This document shows positions 30,292 to 40,732 of a DNA stretch of 64,000 nt, one piece after another. The notes under the pieces were generated by a model. The model was not told where the DNA came from. It ran no database searches and saw only the letters and a program-made list of their open reading frames with translations. The position numbers and the translations under genes are program-made. This DNA comes from Minisyncoccota bacterium (GTDB taxonomy: Bacteria; Patescibacteriota; Minisyncoccia; Phycocordibacterales; UBA9973): positions 16,189-80,188 of the forward strand of contig JAIPHX010000002.1 of NCBI GenBank assembly GCA_021734995.1. Reading direction: 5' to 3'. How positions within the stretch are numbered: position 1 is the first letter of the stretch; each line of letters begins with the position of its first letter.

Positions 30292-31281
30292 ATGTCTATA
30301 AAAAAAATCAACATAGTGACAGTAGGTGGTGGCACAGGAAGCTACACCGTCCTATCTGGTATCAAAACCATCAAGAATACATCTATCTCAGCTATTGTAT
30401 CAATGGCTGATAATGGTGGCTCTACAGGAGACCTGAGAGATGAGCTTGGGGTACTTCCCCCAGGAGATGTTCGTCAATGCCTTGTAGCACTAAGTGAACA
30501 TACAGACATTGTGAGGAAACTCATAAACTATAGATTTGATAATGGCAAACTTTCTGGGCATAGTTTTGGAAATATATTTTTAGCAGCTCTTGAAAAAGTC
30601 ACAGGAAGCTTTGCAAAAGGAGTAGAGATAGTGTCCGAGATATTAAAAGTAAGAGGAACTGTAATCCCTGCGACCAACAACAAAGCTGAGCTAGTAGCTA
30701 TTTTAAAAAACGGAAAAAAAATATATGGTCAAGTAGAAATAGACAAGACCGACTTTCAAAAAAACCCACTAAAAAAAATATTTTATAAAAACAAAGTAAA
30801 ACTCAACCCACGCGCCAAAGAAGCAGTTCTTTCTTCCGACTATATAATCATAGGTCCTGGAAACTTTTATGAATCTATTGTGCCCAACTTAATCATAGAT
30901 GGATTTACTACCGCAATTAAAAAAACTAAAGGAAAAGTAATCTTCATGATGAATCTTACCAATAAACACGGACACACAGGATACTGGAATGCTAGTGATT
31001 ATGTTCAAAACATAGAGAACTATCTCAATCGTAAGGTTGATATTATTTTAATCAACAATGTCTCCCCTTCCAAAGCACAAATCAAACGTTATCAATTGAA
31101 AGAAGGAGATGGGGTGCTGATCAAAGACGACATGCAAGACGATGAAAGAGTGATGCGTTCAGCTTTGATTTCTCACTCTTTTTTTAATAAAGAAAAATCA
31201 GATGCTAGGGCTCAAGCTAGAAGTTTTATCAGACATGACTCTCAAAAAATTGCAGAGTGTGTAATGAAAATATTAAAATGA
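30292..31281 (+). CDS. yvcK: YvcK/GlmR (CofD-like) protein
   Basis: GGGTG, DNGGSTG.LR, PPGDVR, GHSFGN, RHD. Confidence 0.9.
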   Translation: MSIKKINIVTVGGGTGSYTVLSGIKTIKNTSISAIVSMADNGGSTGDLRDELGVLPPGDVRQCLVALSEHTDIVRKLINYRFDNGKLSGHSFGNIFLAALEKVTGSFAKGVEIVSEILKVRGTVIPATNNKAELVAILKNGKKIYGQVEIDKTDFQKNPLKKIFYKNKVKLNPRAKEAVLSSDYIIIGPGNFYESIVPNLIIDGFTTAIKKTKGKVIFMMNLTNKHGHTGYWNASDYVQNIENYLNRKVDIILINNVSPSKAQIKRYQLKEGDGVLIKDDMQDDERVMRSALISHSFFNKEKSDARAQARSFIRHDSQKIAECVMKILK

Positions 31282-31850
31282 AGTTTATCTTTGATTTTGA
31301 TGATACTCTTTTTTTAAATACCGAAAAGTTCAAAAAAAAGATGTTTAGTGTTTTAGAAACAAAGGGTGTCCCCTATTCTTTTGCTTTAGAAAAATACAAA
31401 GAGAAAAGAGCAAAAGAATTCTCTCTAAAAGAATTTATTGCTAAATGTTTTGAGCAAAAAACAATACCAGCAACAGAAATCTTATCTACCTATGAAGATA
31501 TCATGTCAGAATGCAAAGAATATGTAGATCAAAATCTTTTGGCTATTGTACACCAAGCGGGTAAAGAAAATTGTTTTATCGTCACCAATGGAGACAAAGA
31601 ATTTCAAGAAGATAAAATAAAAAGAAGTGGTGTTGCTCCACTTTTCCAATCAATCCATATTGTACCTGAAAGTAAAAAAGAAATTATTGAAAAAATCTGC
31701 TCTACAGGAAACGAAAACGAAGAGATCCTTTTTATAGAAAACAGAGAACATTTTTTTGCAGACTTAAATACAAAGAAATATCCAAATCTACATCTTATCT
31801 TGTATGACAAAGATGGTTTAGCAAAAGTGCAAAAATTTCTAGAAAAATAA
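31278..31850 (+). CDS. HAD family hydrolase
   Basis: FDFDDTL, VTNG..FQ..KI. Confidence 0.8.
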   Translation: MKFIFDFDDTLFLNTEKFKKKMFSVLETKGVPYSFALEKYKEKRAKEFSLKEFIAKCFEQKTIPATEILSTYEDIMSECKEYVDQNLLAIVHQAGKENCFIVTNGDKEFQEDKIKRSGVAPLFQSIHIVPESKKEIIEKICSTGNENEEILFIENREHFFADLNTKKYPNLHLILYDKDGLAKVQKFLEK

Positions 31851-31920
31851 TTATTTCTAGAATTTTTTTTAAATAGTTTTATAAATTATATTTTTGCCAC
31901 ACCCTGATAGTTTTAAAAAA

Positions 31921-32526
31921 TTAGACAATCTTGTACTCTTGTACTTTGTATTTCTTTACCATTGCAATCACATCTTCTACAAGCTTTTTTGGGTCTTCAT
32001 TCGTCACAATCTTTTCATTTGACCGATGGCTTTTTTCTACAATACTCTTTAATTCTGTATCCATATCCCAAGGACCTTCATATATTCCAATAGTCTTGTT
32101 GTCTTCGAAAGCAATAGTGAACTCATGAATAGTGCCAATGCGTCCACAGCCACAGATCACTGCATCTACAGAGCGAGTAAGAAGTAAATCTCTTCCTGGA
32201 TATCCAAAACCTGTGTAGATAATAAAATCCATATAATCAAGCGGAAGCTTATACACTTCTACATGCTCTCTTTCAGAAGCTGCAGGAGAAACACCAATAG
32301 ATATTCCACCTTCCTCTTTTGCACCTATAGCAGACCAAAATGGAAAACCTGTAGTAGCTCCTGTGACGAGCATTGCTCCCTGACGGGCGATTTCTCTGCC
32401 CAGCTCTTTTGCTTTATCAAGAGCATTTGCTCCACAATGCCCTGTCTCCGCTGCCCCTGAAACACAAATCTTTATTTGACTGTGTCCATGTTTTTTATAA
32501 TTTTCTAAAATTTGATTATTTTGCAT
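31921..32526 (-). CDS. LOG family (TIGR00725-like) protein
   Basis: VTGATTG, IGVSPA, TGFG..GRD, GTIHE. Confidence 0.85.
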   Translation of the reverse strand: MQNNQILENYKKHGHSQIKICVSGAAETGHCGANALDKAKELGREIARQGAMLVTGATTGFPFWSAIGAKEEGGISIGVSPAASEREHVEVYKLPLDYMDFIIYTGFGYPGRDLLLTRSVDAVICGCGRIGTIHEFTIAFEDNKTIGIYEGPWDMDTELKSIVEKSHRSNEKIVTNEDPKKLVEDVIAMVKKYKVQEYKIV

Positions 32527-32565
32527 ATTTATATTATACAATATTTTTAATACATTCGGAAAAAA

Positions 32566-33939
32566 TTAACAATCAAGCTCTACCACATCATCTTGTTCTG
32601 GTGCATAAGCTTGCAATCCTAGATTGTCTCTAATCTTTTGAACCAAAAACATTGAGGATTTTGATTCTCCCATTACCACAAATATTTTTTTTACTGAATT
32701 TTGCATTTGTTGCACAAAGCCTAGTAGTCCATCTGAATCTTTGTGTCCTGAATATCCATAAATAGTAACAACATTTGCTTTTACTTTTACATATTCTCCT
32801 GTAACCTTCACAGTTTTAGCTCCTTCTTGAATCAATCTACCTAGAGAACCTACAGTCTGATATCCTGTAAGCAAAAGAGTATTTTTTGGATCTGGTAAAT
32901 AATGTCTTTCGTGGTGTACTACTCTCCCACCAGAAGACATTCCTGAACCAGCGATAATTATTTTTGGGTTTGGAGCAGCTTGTATTTTTTTTGACTCTTC
33001 TGAATCCATAGTAAACTTTAATCCAGGAAAATCAAAAAGATGAGGATCTGTGGTCATAATCTTTTGAGCGGTTTCATTAAAATAGCTTTGGTACCTCTTG
33101 AAAACTTCGGTTAGTCTGATAGCCAATGGTGAATCCAAAAATACAGGCATCACAGGAATTCTTTTTTCCTCTACAAGATTGTTTAATTCAAAGAGTAACT
33201 CCTGAGATCTTTCTAAAGAAAAAGTAGGGATCACTAAAGCCCCTCCCTTTTTGAAATTGTCTTCTATGGTAGCTTCCAGCTTTTTCCTGCGTTCGTTTCT
33301 GGACTCATGATTACGATCACCATATACACTTTCCATTATTACATAATCTACATTTTCTACTATCTCAGTATCTGGCAAAAGAGGAGAAGGGCTGTTCCCC
33401 AAATCTCCAGTAAAAAGTATTCTTTTCCCTCCTACTTCAAACAAAATCATAGCGGAACCAAGAATATGTCCAGCATTGTAAAAAGAAAAATAAATATTAT
33501 CTGTGATTTGTTGTCTTTGGTGATATTCAAAATCTTGCCACAAAGACAAAGATTTGCTTACATGAGCTTCAGAATATATTTCCTCTAAATTGTACTTACC
33601 GTCTCTATCGTTTTTTGAAAGAATTCCTGCTGTATCAGCAAGCATTGGAGATGCTAAAGCTTTTGTAGGTGGAGTAGAGTATATCTTTCCGTTAAAGCCC
33701 TCTGCAACAAGCTTTGGTATCCGACCAATGTGGTCTATATGAGCATGAGTGATAAAAAGAATATCAATGGTCTTTGGATCAAAAGTAAAAGGAAGCCAAT
33801 TAATATCATCAGCTACTTTTGAAGATTGATTGAGCCCACAATCTACAAGAATTTTTTTATCTGCTATTTCTAAAAGAAAATTGGCGCCTGTTACAGAGCC
33901 AGCCCCACCACAAAAAGTTATTTTTACTTTTGTATTCAT
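32566..33939 (-). CDS. MBL-fold beta-CASP ribonuclease
   Basis: THAHIDH, AGHILGSA, ESVYGDR, SGH. Confidence 0.92.
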   Translation of the reverse strand: MNTKVKITFCGGAGSVTGANFLLEIADKKILVDCGLNQSSKVADDINWLPFTFDPKTIDILFITHAHIDHIGRIPKLVAEGFNGKIYSTPPTKALASPMLADTAGILSKNDRDGKYNLEEIYSEAHVSKSLSLWQDFEYHQRQQITDNIYFSFYNAGHILGSAMILFEVGGKRILFTGDLGNSPSPLLPDTEIVENVDYVIMESVYGDRNHESRNERRKKLEATIEDNFKKGGALVIPTFSLERSQELLFELNNLVEEKRIPVMPVFLDSPLAIRLTEVFKRYQSYFNETAQKIMTTDPHLFDFPGLKFTMDSEESKKIQAAPNPKIIIAGSGMSSGGRVVHHERHYLPDPKNTLLLTGYQTVGSLGRLIQEGAKTVKVTGEYVKVKANVVTIYGYSGHKDSDGLLGFVQQMQNSVKKIFVVMGESKSSMFLVQKIRDNLGLQAYAPEQDDVVELDC

Positions 33940-33962
33940 TACCAAATATTATATCACAAAAT

Positions 33963-34370
33963 TTATTTTTCAACTGAGGAAACAGAATTTTTGTTGTATG
34001 TAAAGAAATATAAATACAAAACTGCAACAAAAGCACCAAAAGTATCAAAAAATACATCCGATAAAGTATCTATCATATCAAAATCGTCTTTGACAGTGAC
34101 GCTGTTTAAGGAAATTTCAAAAAATTCCCACATAATACCGATAAATAAGACAAACCCAACTATTTTTAAGACAGATTGCCAAGAAACTTTGTTGGGGATA
34201 AATAAAAAAACAGCTAAAATTGCTACCCAAAATCCACCCAAGAAGTGCATAAGCATATCTAGCCAATGGATAGAATAATACCAATGGAATTTAATTGCTC
34301 CTAGATTTGCCAAGAATATAAAAAAAGCTAAAGAAACAAGTAATGCAGATATATTTTTACGGATTATCAT
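33963..34370 (-). CDS. VanZ-like/DUF2238 membrane protein
   Basis: DMLMHFLGG, WEFFE, DTLSD. Confidence 0.7.
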   Translation of the reverse strand: MIIRKNISALLVSLAFFIFLANLGAIKFHWYYSIHWLDMLMHFLGGFWVAILAVFLFIPNKVSWQSVLKIVGFVLFIGIMWEFFEISLNSVTVKDDFDMIDTLSDVFFDTFGAFVAVLYLYFFTYNKNSVSSVEK

Positions 34371-34384
34371 TGTATATATTCTAA

Positions 34385-34515
34385 ACAAAAATCCCCTCTT
34401 ATGCAAAGATGGGGTTCTTGTTTAGGGTTATCCGCAATATATTACCTTAGCCTATTAGATAGGTGGGTACCAGACACCTTATACCAAGGTATAAGACGAT
34501 CGAAGTTCCCTAAAG
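34385..34515 (-). ncRNA. Candidate small structured RNA
   Basis: TACAAT upstream, TTTAGGG/CCCTAAA closing stem, internal hairpins, own terminator hairpin. Confidence 0.4.
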
Positions 34516-34687
34516 ATATTGTACTAGGTAATAATTGAAAATAACCCTACTTTTAGTATAGACTAAAGAGAGAATATTACAACTAGACGAAATGTTTTTT
34601 TTGTTTTTCAATAAAAAATTAAAAAATGCAAAGGGTTAACTTCGCATTTTTTAAAAAATTCACAAACTATTTGATTAAAATCATATT

Positions 34688-35272
34688 TTATTCATCTACT
34701 CCAAATCTTTTGTAATCATATACTTCAGATTCTCCAAACCAATGCTTGATCTCATGCTCTGCTTCTTCAGGAGTCTCGGAACAATGCACAATATTCATCA
34801 CTGCTCTTTTTTCTTTGTTGGCTAGTGCGGGTGAATCAATAGAAAAATCTCCACGGATAGTCCCCATATCTGCTTTGTAAGGCATTGTATCCCCTGCAAT
34901 TTTCCTTACTACATCTACTGCGTGTACTCCTTGCACTACCATCTTTACCAAAGGAGAGCTTGCCATATAGTCTATAAGCCATTTGCGAATCTCTGGGCCA
35001 ATTTTTGCTGGTTCTATTGTCCCAAAATCTACCATTGCATCATAGCCATACTTTTCATAAGTAGATAAAGTTTTGTTACCAAGACGAGTGATCCACTCTT
35101 CATTTTTTGGATAATGATCGTTTATTTTGTCATGCGCAGGATTAAACATTTCAAGAGCTACAATCTTAAGATCTCTTTGCTCAAAACGTCTAATAATCTC
35201 GCCTGTAAGCCCCTTACGGACACCGTCTGGCTTTATCATCACATATGTTCTTTCTTCTTTAGGATGTTTCAT
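34688..35272 (-). CDS. ndk: Nucleoside diphosphate kinase
   Basis: ERTYVMIKPDGV, GTIRGDF, NIVHCSE. Confidence 0.95.
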   Translation of the reverse strand: MKHPKEERTYVMIKPDGVRKGLTGEIIRRFEQRDLKIVALEMFNPAHDKINDHYPKNEEWITRLGNKTLSTYEKYGYDAMVDFGTIEPAKIGPEIRKWLIDYMASSPLVKMVVQGVHAVDVVRKIAGDTMPYKADMGTIRGDFSIDSPALANKEKRAVMNIVHCSETPEEAEHEIKHWFGESEVYDYKRFGVDE

Positions 35273-35466
35273 ATAAATAAAAAACAGCTTTCGCTGGTAA
35301 TAATTGTAATATTTATATATTAGCACATCTCTAAAAAAGTTTCTACCCTACTGAAACAAAACACCAATCTTTGATAAAACTTCTTGCATTTCAATATCAC
35401 CAGCTCTGCCAATCTTTTTTTTCATTTATATATTAAATACTTTATATACACAGGGGGCAGAAACTT

Positions 35467-36012
35467 TTACTTTAATTTTATATTTCCCCTCCAATTAGGC
35501 TTAATCCCTTTTTGTTCTATAATATCTGAGCTGTGTATCTGAGACTTAGGTGGGAGTATATTGACCACAATTTTGTCTGCAAAATACGTTTCAAAATATT
35601 CTTTCATGCGTTTCGGACTGGTCTCATCATCTTCTGTTGATTCAGACAAAACTAAAACATTTGGATTAATTTTTTCAATAGATTCATAAATATCTGTTAC
35701 ACTTTTTACTACCAAAATATAATCTATAATCCCTTTATACTCTTTGGCATTAAAAAGTTGACTAGCCCTGTCTATTGCAATATATATTGGTCTAGGTTTT
35801 TCTTTTGTCCCTTTCCTTTGCCCAACCAATTCATCAGACTGCAAAAGCACAATCAATATATCTCCCCTTGATTTTGCGTCCTTTAAATATTCTTTGTGCC
35901 CATTATGTAAAACATCAAAACAGCCCGTAGTTAATGAAATTATTTTACCACTTTCCTTTTTTAATTTATCCTGTAAATCATTTATATCTGTGAAAAATTT
36001 ATCCTCTAACAT
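35467..36012 (-). CDS. Cytidylyltransferase family (RfaE-like) protein
   Basis: GCFDVLHNGH, KG..RPI, HSSDII. Confidence 0.8.
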   Translation of the reverse strand: MLEDKFFTDINDLQDKLKKESGKIISLTTGCFDVLHNGHKEYLKDAKSRGDILIVLLQSDELVGQRKGTKEKPRPIYIAIDRASQLFNAKEYKGIIDYILVVKSVTDIYESIEKINPNVLVLSESTEDDETSPKRMKEYFETYFADKIVVNILPPKSQIHSSDIIEQKGIKPNWRGNIKLK

Positions 36013-36141
36013 ATTTATATATTAGCATATCTCTAAAAAAGTTCTAACTTGAAATACAAACGTGCTATAATTATACGCGATTAGAGATAAGCAGAGTTTT
36101 TAAAAGACCTTTTATAAGGTTTTTTAATTTTAAATTCTGTA

Positions 36142-36603
36142 ATGAAAAATTTCTCAAATTACGAAAACACAAAAAATAGTGCTAAATATTTTTATAAAAA
36201 GATAGGAAAAATATTTTCTCCCGCTCTTAACAGAGACATATATTTTAACTCTAAAGGATTTAATCATATTATTTTTAAAAAATCACGGTCTGAAAGAGAA
36301 AGATCTTCTCAAACATTACGATTTAAATTACTACGGCTTGCTGTAAAATTAATAAAGATATCTACAACATACCAAGAATTTGAAGAAATTTCGAAAAAAG
36401 AAAAAGAAACAACAAAATTTAGAACTACCAGATATTGGGGAATCATTGCTATTATTGAACAAAGGAAAATAAAAGTTATTTTGAAACAATGTGGAGACAA
36501 TGGTAATATACATTTTTGGAGTATTATTCCTGCTTGGACTACAAATAAATACAGGGATGAAAAATTATACAAAACTATGAAAGGCACTCCTGAACAGGAT
36601 TAA
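36142..36603 (+). CDS. Hypothetical protein, putative RelE/BECR-like ribonuclease
   Basis: IYFNSKGFNH helix region and beta-rich C-terminus (YWGIIAII..IKVIL...HFWSIIP); fold assignment is inference. Confidence 0.5.
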   Translation: MKNFSNYENTKNSAKYFYKKIGKIFSPALNRDIYFNSKGFNHIIFKKSRSERERSSQTLRFKLLRLAVKLIKISTTYQEFEEISKKEKETTKFRTTRYWGIIAIIEQRKIKVILKQCGDNGNIHFWSIIPAWTTNKYRDEKLYKTMKGTPEQD

Positions 36604-36881
36604 AACAAAAATACTACCAATTAAGGTAGTAGTTTTGTTGTGCTTGCCTTCAGCTTATATATCATCCGAATAGGGCTAATGCCCCACAAGTACAGATACA
36701 TTATATAATATATAATAAAATGTGCAAGAAAAAATAAACTATTTGTATTAAATTACCAAATTTCTTTACCTCTAGCTTCATCATACTCCCAAAAAACTTT
36801 CATTTTTTTCTTAGGACTTTTTTCCATATCATCTAATGTAAAAATTAGTATATACATAAGTCAAGTTATTACAAAAAAACC

Positions 36882-39650
36882 TTACACATCCGAAGCGCTA
36901 TACCTAGACATAATCTCTTCTTCTACTTCTTCTCTTTCTCTCCCATACTTGAGATATGACAATTCTTTTAAGCTATCTACAATATCAAGATTACCTTTTT
37001 CAGGTGCCAGGGTCTCTATATTAAAAGGTTTTGAAGGCTCTCCTTTTATAAGCATATTGACATAAGCATTAAAATTATCTATCTTGCTGATATCTTGAGA
37101 AGAAAAAGTTGGCTTGAATTTTGGCTCCAAAAATTGAGCGTCTTCTGTTCCTACCCGAAAGACTGCCATAGATCCCACGTTTCCAAACACTGCATTTTTA
37201 ATTCCCTCTTCAAGCTGATTGATATATTGGTGGGCGATGTTTAAAGAAAGACGATACTTTCTAGCTTCGGAAAGAATAGAAGAGATAGAATCTGTAGTCA
37301 CATTCTGGAACTCGTCTATATACAGATAAAAATCATTCATTGGCTTACCAAACATATCTACACGAGAAAGAGCAGCCATTTGAATTTTACCCACAAGCAC
37401 AAGACCAATAAGGTTGGCATTAATATCTCCAAGTCTTCCTTTTGAAAGATTCACAAGTAATATCTTTTTTTCATCCATTATTTTTCTAAAATTAAATACG
37501 GATTTTTGTTGAAGCACCACAGGACGCATAATATCGTTGGAAATAAAGTTATCAAATTTTGAAGAAATATAAGGGACGAAGTTGGCAAGAGATTGATCTC
37601 CTGTAGTCTGCTCAGCAGAAACCCAAAATTGTTTGATAATAGGATTTTTACATTTAGCGAGTTTCATATCTCTAAATTCTTTATCTCCCAATACTCTAGT
37701 AATCTCAAGCAAAGTAGAGCCAGAATCAGGATCCTCCATCACAAGAAAAGCACTATTTCTAAAATACTGCTCAAACATCGCTCCTCCACCCACTTTCATA
37801 TCAAAGAGCTTATTGAAAATACTCATCAATTCATTCACCACAAAAGTTTTTTGCTCAGGATATCGTATATCATACTCAAGCATATTTAATCCCATAGGAC
37901 GAGGAGTGTAGCTAGGATCAAAGTAAATAACATCATCCATTCTTTCTTTTGGAATACGGGAAAGAATAGTCTGAATATCTGTCCCGTGTGGATCAATATA
38001 ACAACAACCATCACCATTTCTGATGTCTTGTGTAATCATATTGAGTAAAATATTAGTCTTACCTGTACCAGTCTGCCCGATCACATAAAAGTGTCGCACT
38101 CTGTCTTCACGAGTCATATGGACCATTGTTTCCCTACCGCGATATTTATTGACTCCAAGAATAATCCCTTCGTCCCCCATAGTAATAGGAGCAGGAGCGA
38201 TACCGGATTTTGCTTCTTTAAGCTGAGGCATAGTCCCGACACCCACAGGAAAATGAAAGATAGAAGCAAGCTCTTTTAGATTTAAAGGCAACACGTTGTC
38301 ATAAGAAAAAGTACGGTAAGAATAGTCCCTAAAGAAACGCTTAAGACTTGATCCTTTAATCTCGTTGAAAACAATAGAGTTACTAGCTGTCTCAGTAAAT
38401 TGGTTGAAAGCGGATTGTACCTCTCGTAAAATCAAATCAGCTCTTTCTCTACTTTTAGCAGAAGCGACTACTCTTATGTTGGTCCTTAAAATACTGCTTT
38501 TAATTTTATTAGAAATCTTCTCTTGTGCTCCTTCATCTACTGCCTTCCTTCCTGACATATTTTTTTCTGACTTTTCTTCTTTTGGTTTTTGACCAAATAT
38601 GAATTCTTTAGAAATACGCATGAAGGCTTTATTGAATTTGTAAAAATTATCAGCAGCGTGTTTTACAGACATTCCGTCTTTTACATCCATTAAAATTTCA
38701 TTGTATTCTTTTATAAATTTATCTCCTGCTGGAGCAATCAAAATCTGGATAGATGCCCCCTCTCCTTCTTTGTCTAATTTTGAAAATACATTGAGCAATG
38801 TATTCATTGGATCATGATCAATGTTTTCGTAAGTCTTTAACGGCAATACTTCTCGCTCTGTAAAAGATGCATAGGCTCCAATAGATACTCCTTCTTCATT
38901 GAAAACATTGTAATCATCTTTTACTTCTCTTATTTTTGCATCATGATAAAAAGCTAAAATCTGTTTTTCAAAAAGAGAAATGAATTTATTTGGGATAGCC
39001 ACATACACCACCACTTCATCTCCCACATGCGCAAGTGCTATCTCTATCACATAATAGTTGCCATTGATATTGTCTTTACCAGAAGAGATGGATTGCATCC
39101 CTGCATAAAACTGCTCCATTGCTCCAATGAATTCTTTGAATCCTTTAGAACTATCTGGACCATCATCAGGAGGAGGAAGAGTTATTTCAAACAAAGTCAT
39201 ATTGAATGATTTATAAAAAGGAGTTCCTTCTTTGAAAGGAAAACTCACTCCTTCTGCTCGCAAGTATTGGATAAGGATACGATGAAAATCATCTTCTATG
39301 TGAGGATTGTTCATTGCTTCTACTACAGACATCGCGTTCTTTATTCCTTTTGTCATTACAATACCTAGAAGCTCCTCCATGACATGGTCATGCTTCTCTG
39401 GAGCAAGATCAAGGACAATGCCTTCTGTTTCTTCTTTTGTGATCGCCTGATCTTTCGGCACCACATCTTTTGTAGGCACATCTTTATATACTTCTATGAC
39501 ATCTTTTGCTGACTGATCCCCTGCTGTCTCAAAGTGTCCCAAATCAGTAAGCTCTTTTTCTCGCTCTGCCATCTTGGCACGCAAATACGCCAGCTCTTCT
39601 TCTGGGTTTTTGAACTGAGGTATGTCTTTTAGGATTGAGTTTTCAATCAT
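36882..39650 (-). CDS. VirD4/TraD-like (HerA/FtsK superfamily) ATPase
   Basis: HFYVIGQTGTGKT, IDPHG, LYIDEFQN, SEARKY, HQY. Confidence 0.88.
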   Translation of the reverse strand: MIENSILKDIPQFKNPEEELAYLRAKMAEREKELTDLGHFETAGDQSAKDVIEVYKDVPTKDVVPKDQAITKEETEGIVLDLAPEKHDHVMEELLGIVMTKGIKNAMSVVEAMNNPHIEDDFHRILIQYLRAEGVSFPFKEGTPFYKSFNMTLFEITLPPPDDGPDSSKGFKEFIGAMEQFYAGMQSISSGKDNINGNYYVIEIALAHVGDEVVVYVAIPNKFISLFEKQILAFYHDAKIREVKDDYNVFNEEGVSIGAYASFTEREVLPLKTYENIDHDPMNTLLNVFSKLDKEGEGASIQILIAPAGDKFIKEYNEILMDVKDGMSVKHAADNFYKFNKAFMRISKEFIFGQKPKEEKSEKNMSGRKAVDEGAQEKISNKIKSSILRTNIRVVASAKSRERADLILREVQSAFNQFTETASNSIVFNEIKGSSLKRFFRDYSYRTFSYDNVLPLNLKELASIFHFPVGVGTMPQLKEAKSGIAPAPITMGDEGIILGVNKYRGRETMVHMTREDRVRHFYVIGQTGTGKTNILLNMITQDIRNGDGCCYIDPHGTDIQTILSRIPKERMDDVIYFDPSYTPRPMGLNMLEYDIRYPEQKTFVVNELMSIFNKLFDMKVGGGAMFEQYFRNSAFLVMEDPDSGSTLLEITRVLGDKEFRDMKLAKCKNPIIKQFWVSAEQTTGDQSLANFVPYISSKFDNFISNDIMRPVVLQQKSVFNFRKIMDEKKILLVNLSKGRLGDINANLIGLVLVGKIQMAALSRVDMFGKPMNDFYLYIDEFQNVTTDSISSILSEARKYRLSLNIAHQYINQLEEGIKNAVFGNVGSMAVFRVGTEDAQFLEPKFKPTFSSQDISKIDNFNAYVNMLIKGEPSKPFNIETLAPEKGNLDIVDSLKELSYLKYGREREEVEEEIMSRYSASDV

Positions 39651-39683
39651 AATGAATATTATAGCATAGAAAATTTTTGAAAA

Positions 39684-40136
39684 TTATTTTCTTTTATCTT
39701 TTTTACTACTTACTTTAGAAATTTTTACAAGCTCAGAAGAACTACGGATCTTTTTTCCCCCTACATTAAACACGAGTTTGATTCCAAGCCTGTTGCACAA
39801 ATCATACTCAGGAATATTGTCTGCTTTTCTGTCTCCCCCATTCGCAAAAATATCTGGTTTTATTTTTAATAAAGCTTTGCAAACAGAATCATCCAAATCA
39901 TCTTTTTTGTGATTTGTAAGAAACACCCTGTCTACACAACTAAAAGCACTTATGAGCTCAAGTCTATCTTTTTCAGGCATAAAAGAATATCCTTTTTTGC
40001 TCTTAAGCCAATTGTCGTTGTTTATCACCACTACAAGCTCGTCTCCAAGCTTTTTAGATTCTTTAAACATCCTTAAATGCCCAATATGTACAGGATCAAA
40101 ACCTCCTGAAACTACTACTATTTTCTTCTTTTTCAT
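39684..40136 (-). CDS. Cytidylyltransferase family protein
   Basis: SGGFDPVHIGH, FANGGDR, RSSS. Confidence 0.88.
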   Translation of the reverse strand: MKKKKIVVVSGGFDPVHIGHLRMFKESKKLGDELVVVINNDNWLKSKKGYSFMPEKDRLELISAFSCVDRVFLTNHKKDDLDDSVCKALLKIKPDIFANGGDRKADNIPEYDLCNRLGIKLVFNVGGKKIRSSSELVKISKVSSKKDKRK

Positions 40137-40181
40137 GCTTTAATTATATCAAGATTAGAATAATATGTAAAAGTATCAAAA

Positions 40182-40670
40182 ATGATAACAAAAATAAAAC
40201 AAAAAAATAAAACAAAAAAAGCAGATACCCAAAAAATCACTGGATTTACTTGTGGCTCATTTGATCTGACTCACGCAGGACATTATTTAATGTTTAAAGA
40301 ATGCAAAAAACATTGTAATTATCTAATCGTTGGGTTACAAACAGATCCTACTATAGATAGACCAGAGAAAAATAAACCTGTTCAATCTATTGTAGAAAGA
40401 AAAATCCAATTAGAATCTTGTAAATATGTAGACCAAATTATTTTATACAAGACCGAGAAAGATTTATTAAATATATTGAAAAATACAAAGATAGATACAA
40501 GATTTATTGGCAAAGACTGGAAAGGAAAAAATTTTACGGGAAAAGAACTAAGCATAAAAATCTTTTGGAACAATAGAGACCACGGATACTCTTCTAGAGT
40601 CTTAAGGACCAAAGTCTTTCAAGCAGAATTAAGAAAATTACCATCAAAAAAAACATCCAAAAAAGACTAA
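40182..40670 (+). CDS. tagD: Glycerol-3-phosphate cytidylyltransferase-like protein
   Basis: GSFDLTHAGH, KNKPVQS, RDHGYSS. Confidence 0.75.
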   Translation: MITKIKQKNKTKKADTQKITGFTCGSFDLTHAGHYLMFKECKKHCNYLIVGLQTDPTIDRPEKNKPVQSIVERKIQLESCKYVDQIILYKTEKDLLNILKNTKIDTRFIGKDWKGKNFTGKELSIKIFWNNRDHGYSSRVLRTKVFQAELRKLPSKKTSKKD

Positions 40671-40732
40671 CCTAAAATGATTTTTTGTGCTAATATATTA
40701 AAAAACAAAGCACCCCTAAAGGGTCTAAAAAA

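Noticed and set aside
36882-39650. Conjugative element around the VirD4-like ATPase
   Set aside because: No relaxase, VirB4 or integrase nearby; flanked by housekeeping and glycan genes.
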